Shown in pieces: positions 57,586 through 64,000 of a stretch of DNA of 64,000 nt. The stretch is from Fidelibacterota bacterium. GTDB taxonomy: Bacteria; Fidelibacterota; Fidelibacteria; Fidelibacterales; DSDE01. Position 1 is the stretch's first letter. Each line of letters starts with the position of its first letter. Position numbers and translations under genes: made by a program. The notes under the pieces are model-generated. The model searched no databases and was not told the origin of the DNA. It saw only the letters and a list, made by a program, of their open reading frames with translations. The DNA lies in NCBI GenBank assembly GCA_046735395.1, contig JBJKQR010000047.1:1-64000 (forward strand), given 5' to 3'.

Positions 57586-59354
57586 AACGGCGCGGACTGA
57601 TTTTCTGGATACTTCTTCCCTGGATGCTGCTGATGCTGGCCGGATCGCTCATCTTCCGAACGGTGAGTATCCGGAATTTTGAATCCTTTGTAGATGCCCG
57701 CACGGAACTCAATCTGAAAAACCATGCCGCGTATCTGGAAAGACTGCTGGTACAGGTTCAGCCTCCGTTTCTGGATGCGGACGAGACGGCCCTGCTTACT
57801 GAGTACAGGACCGCGATGGGTATCCGGATTACGCTTGTCACAGCGGACGGCCGAGTATTCTATGATTCGCATGAAGATGCAAAGAACATGGATTTTCACG
57901 GGGACCGCCCCGAAATCGTTGATGCGGTCCGCAGCGGGGAGGGACAGAGCAATATCCGCTACAGCTATACCCTGGGAAAGGAGCTGATGTATCTGGCGCT
58001 GCCGGTTAAACGGGACGGCCGGATGGCATTTCTGATCCGAGTTTCCTCGCCGCTGGTTGATATTGAGGGAAGTATACGTGATTTTGACCGGCAGATCAGC
58101 CTCAGCTTTCTGCTCATTCTCTGCGCTCTGATCCTTTTTTCCTATCTGGTGAGCCGTCGTATCAGCCGGCCGCTTGAATTGATACGCGGAGGGGCGGAAC
58201 GCCTGGCGGAAGGAGACTTCAGCACGGTTCTCCCGGAAACAGGTGCCTGGGAAATCCGCAATCTGGCCGCCAGCTTCAATCACATGGCCCGGGATCTTCA
58301 GGCCACCATCAAACGTCTGTCAGAGCGGTCCAATGACATGAACATGCTCCTGTCCAGCATGAAGGAAGTGGTCATCGCCATCGACCGGAAACAGCGCGTG
58401 CTCTGGATCAATGATGTCGCGGCCCTGACCTTCAAGCTCGATCCTCAGAAGAGTATCGGTGAGTACCTTTTCAATCACCTGCGTGAACCCGATATCATCA
58501 CCTTCGTCCGGAATTCCATGAAGGACAGCGCCTACGCGGAAGAAAAGATCTCCTTTGTGAGTATTCCGGAACATCAGTTCATTATTTCCTCAGCCCCCGT
58601 CATCAATGCGGAACAGCGGCCGGTGGGCCTGATTCTCGTTATTCGCGACATTACCCGTCTGGAAAATCTCGAACAGGTCCGCAAGGAGTTTGTATCCAAT
58701 GTGTCACATGAACTGAAGACACCCATCACCACAATACAGGGCTATGCGGAAGCGCTTCAGGATCGGGATCTGAAGGATGAGGCCATGCGGCAGGACTTCG
58801 TCGCGATTATTCTGAAGACCGCGAGACGCATGAATTCTATTGTCAATGATCTCATTGACCTGGCGCGCCTGGACCGGAACGAAAACAGCGAGCTGGAACT
58901 TCAGGACGTGCCCGTGGCAGATTTTCTGACTATGGCCGTCACGGATCTGCAGCCCCTCGCGGATGAAAAGCATATTACGATTCAAATACAGGTTCAGAAC
59001 GGCCTGATGGCCCGAATCAATTCGGATCTGATGCGGCAGGCTCTGGAAAACATTCTCGTCAATGCAATCAAATACAGCAACGAGGGAACAAAGGTGAGCC
59101 TCAGCGCCAGCGAAGGTTCGGACAATGAGCTCGTATTGAGTGTGGAGGATGAGGGCATCGGGATTCCGCGGGAGGCACTTCCCCGTATCTTCGAGCGTTT
59201 TTACCGCGTGGACAAGGCGCGAAGCCGTAAAGAAGGCGGGACCGGCCTGGGGCTTTCCATCTGCAAGCATATCGTGATCGCCCATCGGGGACGGATTACG
59301 GTGGACAGTACCCTGGGAAAGGGCAGCTGTTTCAGGATTACCCTGCCGCAGTGA
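57582..59354 (+). CDS. phoR: PhoR-like sensor kinase (TM-Cache-like-TM-HAMP-PAS-HisKA-HATPase)
   Basis: RITLV..DG.V..DS...H..RPE...RYSYTL, EFVSNVSHELKTP and RIFERFYRVDKARSR..GGTGLGL motifs. Confidence 0.82.
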   Translation: MKRRGLIFWILLPWMLLMLAGSLIFRTVSIRNFESFVDARTELNLKNHAAYLERLLVQVQPPFLDADETALLTEYRTAMGIRITLVTADGRVFYDSHEDAKNMDFHGDRPEIVDAVRSGEGQSNIRYSYTLGKELMYLALPVKRDGRMAFLIRVSSPLVDIEGSIRDFDRQISLSFLLILCALILFSYLVSRRISRPLELIRGGAERLAEGDFSTVLPETGAWEIRNLAASFNHMARDLQATIKRLSERSNDMNMLLSSMKEVVIAIDRKQRVLWINDVAALTFKLDPQKSIGEYLFNHLREPDIITFVRNSMKDSAYAEEKISFVSIPEHQFIISSAPVINAEQRPVGLILVIRDITRLENLEQVRKEFVSNVSHELKTPITTIQGYAEALQDRDLKDEAMRQDFVAIILKTARRMNSIVNDLIDLARLDRNENSELELQDVPVADFLTMAVTDLQPLADEKHITIQIQVQNGLMARINSDLMRQALENILVNAIKYSNEGTKVSLSASEGSDNELVLSVEDEGIGIPREALPRIFERFYRVDKARSRKEGGTGLGLSICKHIVIAHRGRITVDSTLGKGSCFRITLPQ

Positions 59355-59478
59355 ATGACCGTCTGATTTAATTCTTGCACATTATTCTACATTAGACAAT
59401 TCGCGAGTTTTGCTGTCCGGAAGAGGGTGGCTCTGGTTTTGAACTAAATGGCAACACTGCGTCCCCTAAGAAAAAATA

Positions 59479-59507
59479 TTGAATTCAGAAAGCAGTTTGG
59501 TTATAAT
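59479..59507 (+). promoter_or_regulatory. Sigma70-type promoter for the S8 protease
   Basis: TTGAAT-N17-TATAAT. Confidence 0.65.
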
Positions 59508-59553
59508 ATCTGATTACAATTGGGTTGATTAACCGTTTAAACCGGAGTAAGAA

Positions 59554-62500
59554 ATGAAAAAAACACAACTGATTCTGCTACTGGCACTTACAGTTTTTCT
59601 GACTGTGGGCAGTACGGTGCTGTCGGCAGCGAAAAATGCGTCAAGTCTGGCGGAGAGAGACTCACAGGGTCGCCTGGTTTATGCCGACGATGCCATTACT
59701 GTAAAATTCAAACCTCAGGTTAAATTGAATCTGGCCAGCAAGAGCCTGGCGCGGACCGGAATTCCGTCCGTTGATTCCAAACTTGATCATTACGGCGTTC
59801 TGGAAATGACGCAGAGATTCAAACAGAAACCCCTGGCAAAAGGAAGCAAACTTCCGGACCTGAGACGTATATACAAGATTGAGGTTCCCGCGGGAGCAAA
59901 CCTCCAGAAAATGATAAATGATTTCAATGCGGATCCGAATGTGGAATATGCGGAACGCATTCCCATGGATTACCAGATGGCGGTTCCGGATGATGAATAT
60001 TATACGGAATGGCTCTATCATCTGCCTCAGATTCATGCCGAGCAGGCCTGGGACGTGTGGAAGGGCGAAGATGGTGATCCCAATGATCCCGTGGTTATTT
60101 CCATCTGTGATACGGGGATAGACTGGAAACATCCGGATCTGGCCGCAAATATCTATAATAACCTGGGTGAAGATGCGGATGGCGACGGCCACGTTCTCGA
60201 ACAGGACGGGAATGGTGAATGGATATTTGATCCCGGCGATGTAAATGACGTGGATGACGATGGAAACGGATATGTCGATGATTTTATCGGCTGGAATGTC
60301 GTTGCCGACCAGTATGGAAATGAAAATAACGATCCCATGGATCCTGCGACCCGCGGCCATGGTAGCCACTGCGCGGGCCTTGCAGCCGGTGTGACGAATA
60401 ACGGTACGGGTATTGCCAGCATCAGCTGGAATATCAAGGTCATGTGTACCTCCCATGGTTTCGTCGGTGATAACGGAACCAGTGTTTACAATGCCTATCA
60501 GGGAATTATTTATGCTGCCGAAAACGGCGCTGATGTGATCAATACCAGCTGGGGCGGTGGCGGCTATTCCCAGTCATCCGAAGAAGTGATTGCCTATGCC
60601 TACGGGTTGGGATCCATCATCGTGAGTTCCGCCGGAAATAATGACAATGCAGTTCACCAGTACCCCAGCGACTATCCTAATGTCGTCAGCGTCGCTTCCG
60701 TGGACCGCTATGACCAGAAGGCATGGTATTCCACCTATGGTATCGGTGTGGATGTGTGTACGCCCGGCGGAAATCATGAACCCGGCCTGCTGAGCACGGT
60801 TTCCTATGATAATGTGGAAGGATTCCCGGGATATGATTTTTATTCCGGTACTTCCATGGCCTCACCCGTAACGGTCGGTCTCTTCGGCCTGGTAAAATCC
60901 AAATACCCGGACTGGACCAATGAGCAGCTGATTACCCAGGTCATCGGTACGACAGATAATATTGATTCTCATATTCCGGATTATATCGGACTGATGGGCA
61001 GCGGTCGTATCAATGCCTACAAGGCTTTGACTGCCACGGATGTCCATGTGCCCCAGATACTGGAACTCGAAATCTGGGATGTCCAGACGGACAATCAGAA
61101 TGTCTTTGACGGACAGATGATGCCCGGTGACACAGCCCGTTTCAGTCTGACTTTCAGAAACTACAGCCATTTCGTGGCTGACAGCAGCGCACGGATTCTG
61201 CTTGTATCGGATGATCCGGGTATTGAAATCGTCAAGGGAAGTGTCGTTGACACAATTTTCGCAGATGGATACAGCGATATCGATTATGATTTCACACTTG
61301 CGGTCAACGAACAAACAACGACTCACACGGCTGCCTGCAAATTTGTTGTAGAGTCCGATATGGCGGATATTCCCCTCGGAAGCGAATACCCTTTCAACGT
61401 GGTGATCAGTACCATCCAGAGCACACCGGCTGCGCTGAATTTCAATGAAACCTATGGTGACGGATCCGAAAAATCCTTCACATTGTCGAATGTGGGAACG
61501 GACCCCATCGATTTTGTTACCGAAGCGGTTGAATACTCACCGCCCTACTTTCATCTGGATACAACCAATGCCTACGACGGCCTGTCCTGGTGGTGTGCGG
61601 ATGTCAATCTGGGACGCTACGCTGATAATACACTTCAGTTCATGGATCTGCCTGTTCTGGATACAGACGGAGCGACAGCCCCGGTACTGACCTTCATGTC
61701 TGACTGGGATCTGGAAGGATCAACCGGTGCGGCCGATCCCTACGACGGCTGGGATGGCGCGAATGTGTGGGTTTCCACGGACAGTGGAAAAACTTTCAAT
61801 GTCATGCCTCCGACCTCACCGGTATATACCGCAACCAGCCTCTGGAGTTTTTCCAAGTGGGGTTACGGTGTCGGAATACCGGGATGGAACGGAAACAGTG
61901 ATGGCTGGCAGGCTGTGGAATTTGACCTGTCTCCCTACAAGAGTAAAAATCTCATCATCCGTTTCGCATTCGCATCTGATGAAAATACGAACGCGACAGG
62001 CTGGTGGCTGGATAATATTAAGGTCGCCGATGGAGCCAACGTGATGTATGAGAATAACGGAACCATGGAATCCTCCATTATGCTTCAGGGTTCGGGCGGT
62101 GAAGCCCTTTCTGCCGACTGGATGAATGTTTCAGTTTCCGAAGCGACTCTGCAAGCATCCAGCGATCTGAATATTACGGTCGGTGTTGACACGAGGAACC
62201 TGGAATCGGGTGCACACAGCGCGGCTGTTCGGATTATCATGGACACAACCGTTGTGGTTGCAAATATCCCGATCAATCTCTTTGTCGCACCGCCTGCGCA
62301 TGATCTCAAGGCTAACACTTTTGAAGTTCCGGATGATAAATTTCTCATCCTCCAGCCCAAGCCGCTGAAATTCAAACTCGATAATCGGGGTGAGAATGAT
62401 GAAACGGAAGTCCGGACCATCGTTGATTTCTATCAGAATGATGCGGTGGCTTTCTCCGATACAGTGGTTGTGGATCAGTTTCCGGCCGGAACGTCAATGA

Positions 62501-63390
62501 ACCTCGAAACAGCTCCGTTCCGTGCGATCCGGGGAGGGGATTATGAAGTGAGGCTTCAGGTGACGAATGTGACCGATGATTACAATGCCTTCAATGACAC
62601 CTTGTCCGGTATTGTTAAGGTTGATAATATCTTTGAGGATTTCTCCACCAATACCGGCGCCTGGGATTTCCAGGGAATGGCGATTGATACGGGCCACACC
62701 GGCTTCGGCGATATTTATGCTCTGTATATTGATCAGGGACATCTGCCCTATCGGGCAGATCTCAATACCTCGGCGACCTATGCGCCGGGACTGGATGTTT
62801 CCGGGATGACCCAGGGAACCTTGTCCTTCATGGCCCAGTTTGCAACCCAGGCCGATGTGGACATTCTCTATCTCGATGTATCCACGGATAATACAAATTG
62901 GGAAAACCGTGGCCAGGTTTCCGGAACCTCCAAACAGTTCAAGCAGTTCCGGACGGACGTGACTGATCTGATTCAGGGCGGTGCCGACAGAATCTGGTTC
63001 CGTTTCCGTTTTGTCTCCGACGCGACGACTCAGCTTTACGGTCTGTTTGTGGATAATATCGGTTTCTTCAATGAGGAATTTCTGGCTGTGGACGGAAGGG
63101 AAGACATTCCCACGAAGTTTGCCCTGAACCAGAATTATCCCAATCCCTTCAATCCGACTACGACCATCAGCTACGCACTTCCGGAAGCATCTGCTGTGAC
63201 GCTGACCGTTTTCAACATACGCGGTGAAAAGATCCGCGAATGGTCTGTCAGTAATCAGACACCGGGAAATTATGACCTGGTATGGGATGCAAAGGATCAG
63301 TCGGGACGGATTATTTCGTCCGGTGTCTATTTTTACAGGCTGAAGACGAAAAATAACATCGAACAGAAAAAGATGCTCTTCCTCAAATAA
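59554..63390 (+). CDS. Secreted S8 (subtilisin-like) serine protease with Ig-like/jelly-roll modules and a T9SS type A / FlgD-like C-terminal domain
   Basis: Signal peptide, catalytic CDTG, HGSHCAG and GTSMASP, oxyanion AGN, and tail FALNQNYPNPFNPTT...WD..D..G...SGVYFYRL...KKMLFLK. Confidence 0.93.
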   Translation: MKKTQLILLLALTVFLTVGSTVLSAAKNASSLAERDSQGRLVYADDAITVKFKPQVKLNLASKSLARTGIPSVDSKLDHYGVLEMTQRFKQKPLAKGSKLPDLRRIYKIEVPAGANLQKMINDFNADPNVEYAERIPMDYQMAVPDDEYYTEWLYHLPQIHAEQAWDVWKGEDGDPNDPVVISICDTGIDWKHPDLAANIYNNLGEDADGDGHVLEQDGNGEWIFDPGDVNDVDDDGNGYVDDFIGWNVVADQYGNENNDPMDPATRGHGSHCAGLAAGVTNNGTGIASISWNIKVMCTSHGFVGDNGTSVYNAYQGIIYAAENGADVINTSWGGGGYSQSSEEVIAYAYGLGSIIVSSAGNNDNAVHQYPSDYPNVVSVASVDRYDQKAWYSTYGIGVDVCTPGGNHEPGLLSTVSYDNVEGFPGYDFYSGTSMASPVTVGLFGLVKSKYPDWTNEQLITQVIGTTDNIDSHIPDYIGLMGSGRINAYKALTATDVHVPQILELEIWDVQTDNQNVFDGQMMPGDTARFSLTFRNYSHFVADSSARILLVSDDPGIEIVKGSVVDTIFADGYSDIDYDFTLAVNEQTTTHTAACKFVVESDMADIPLGSEYPFNVVISTIQSTPAALNFNETYGDGSEKSFTLSNVGTDPIDFVTEAVEYSPPYFHLDTTNAYDGLSWWCADVNLGRYADNTLQFMDLPVLDTDGATAPVLTFMSDWDLEGSTGAADPYDGWDGANVWVSTDSGKTFNVMPPTSPVYTATSLWSFSKWGYGVGIPGWNGNSDGWQAVEFDLSPYKSKNLIIRFAFASDENTNATGWWLDNIKVADGANVMYENNGTMESSIMLQGSGGEALSADWMNVSVSEATLQASSDLNITVGVDTRNLESGAHSAAVRIIMDTTVVVANIPINLFVAPPAHDLKANTFEVPDDKFLILQPKPLKFKLDNRGENDETEVRTIVDFYQNDAVAFSDTVVVDQFPAGTSMNLETAPFRAIRGGDYEVRLQVTNVTDDYNAFNDTLSGIVKVDNIFEDFSTNTGAWDFQGMAIDTGHTGFGDIYALYIDQGHLPYRADLNTSATYAPGLDVSGMTQGTLSFMAQFATQADVDILYLDVSTDNTNWENRGQVSGTSKQFKQFRTDVTDLIQGGADRIWFRFRFVSDATTQLYGLFVDNIGFFNEEFLAVDGREDIPTKFALNQNYPNPFNPTTTISYALPEASAVTLTVFNIRGEKIREWSVSNQTPGNYDLVWDAKDQSGRIISSGVYFYRLKTKNNIEQKKMLFLK

Positions 63391-63413
63391 GCGCATCAGA
63401 CAGCATAATTCGT

Positions 63414-63446
63414 AAAGGGCTGCCGGATTTCGGCAGCCCTTTTTTT
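63414..63446 (+). terminator. Intrinsic terminator
   Basis: AAAGGGCTGCCG-GATTT-CGGCAGCCCTTT with a U-tract. Confidence 0.9.
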
Positions 63447-63555
63447 ATTGGGATTTAATTGTAAAATTATCCAGAATCGTTTTGATGAACCTGATACAGG
63501 CTCCTGTCTTGTGCGTTGAAAAACAGCTCTGCTTCAGGGCATTTTGAAACATCAG

Positions 63556-63584
63556 TTGAAAAAAGCGAATTATCGCAATAAATT
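63556..63584 (+). promoter_or_regulatory. Putative sigma70 promoter for the microcompartment genes
   Basis: TTGAAA-N17-TAAATT, ending 25 nt before the ATG. Confidence 0.5.
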
Positions 63585-63609
63585 CACCGGGTAAAAAAAG
63601 AGACCGACT

Positions 63610-63876
63610 ATGATATTGGGCAAAGTGACCGGAACAGTGTGGGCGACGAAGAAGGATGAGAAGCTGGATGGAGCCAAATTTTTAATCGTTCAGCATTACA
63701 ATATGGATCTCACACCTCAGGATCGTTTTACAGTCGCAGTGGACAGCGTGGGCGCCGGTGCCGGCGAATTTGTTCTCTTTGCAGCCGGAAGCTCTGCCCG
63801 GCAGACCGTACAGACCAAGGATAAGCCGGTTGATGCGGTTATCATGGCCATTATTGATGAACTGGATATGAAATAA
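63610..63876 (+). CDS. EutN/CcmL family microcompartment vertex protein (BMC-P)
   Basis: MILGKVTGTVWATKK, VAVDSVGAGAGE.VL..GSSAR and PVDAVIMAIID motifs. Confidence 0.95.
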   Translation: MILGKVTGTVWATKKDEKLDGAKFLIVQHYNMDLTPQDRFTVAVDSVGAGAGEFVLFAAGSSARQTVQTKDKPVDAVIMAIIDELDMK

Positions 63877-64000
63877 TGCGTCTCGGACAGGTTGTGGGAA
63901 ATATCTGGGCCACCCAGAAACCGGACACGCTGAAGGGAAAGCGGCTTCTGATCGTTCAGCCGAAGGATTTTGAGACACTTGAAAATGCGGGCGATCCGCT
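63876..64000 (+). CDS. Second EutN/CcmL family protein (truncated by the window edge)
   Basis: Not in the ORF track. Manual translation gives MRLGQVVGNIWATQKPDTLKGKRLLIVQP...; the start overlaps the previous stop (TAATG). Confidence 0.88.
   Translation, partial: MRLGQVVGNIWATQKPDTLKGKRLLIVQPKDFETLENAGDP

Noticed and set aside
59374..59396. ACATTA repeat after phoR as a third Pho box
   Set aside because: Spacing is 10 bp rather than 11, and it lies far from the S8 promoter.
1..64000. CRISPR arrays, tRNA/rRNA, IS elements, prophage, reverse transcriptase or defence systems, selenoproteins
   Set aside because: No regularly spaced repeats, tRNA arms, transposase/integrase/RT motifs or in-frame UGA at catalytic sites seen by eye; a tool scan would be needed to exclude short elements.

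Overview
A gene-dense, mostly housekeeping 64 kb chromosomal segment from a Gram-negative bacterium. Gene styles suggest the FCB superphylum, possibly Marinimicrobia-like; this taxonomy is inference. In order, the window contains: a polyamine operon (arginine decarboxylase, agmatinase, deoxyhypusine-synthase-like gene cut by the left edge); nucleotide-sugar genes (UDP-HexNAc dehydrogenase, rfbB, rfbC, ugd); a vWA-type membrane protein, tsaD and a YbbR-like gene; a long plus-strand block (cupin, DUF1460 amidase, esterase, dipeptide epimerase, acyl-CoA synthetase, yebC-ruvC-ruvA, aminotransferase, Na+/solute symporter, SDR, radA, lactonase, C26 hydrolase, dacB, PfkB kinase); a three-gene uncharacterised outer-membrane operon; HD-GYP, ABC-F, GHL10 and dut genes; a split class II ribonucleotide reductase with two insertions and tandem NrdR boxes; GlmU-like, zinc-finger/acidic, DUF3467 and YgiQ genes; a FadL-like barrel with a Tyr-rich lipoprotein; nitrilase, TPR lipoprotein, a flavoenzyme-like hypothetical and an orphan histidine kinase; PAP2 plus glycosyltransferase divergent from phoB/phoR with Pho-box-like repeats; a large S8 protease with a T9SS/FlgD-type tail; and two tandem EutN/CcmL microcompartment genes at the right edge. 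I saw no rRNA, tRNA, CRISPR array, transposase, integrase or phage gene. Best candidates for undescribed biology: the SprA-like barrel/Omp85-like operon, the structured leader with a short uORF before the polyamine operon, the insertion-bearing split RNR, the Cys-rich NMO/FabK-like protein, and the Pho-linked lipid-remodelling pair. All family assignments come from motif recognition by eye, not database searches.
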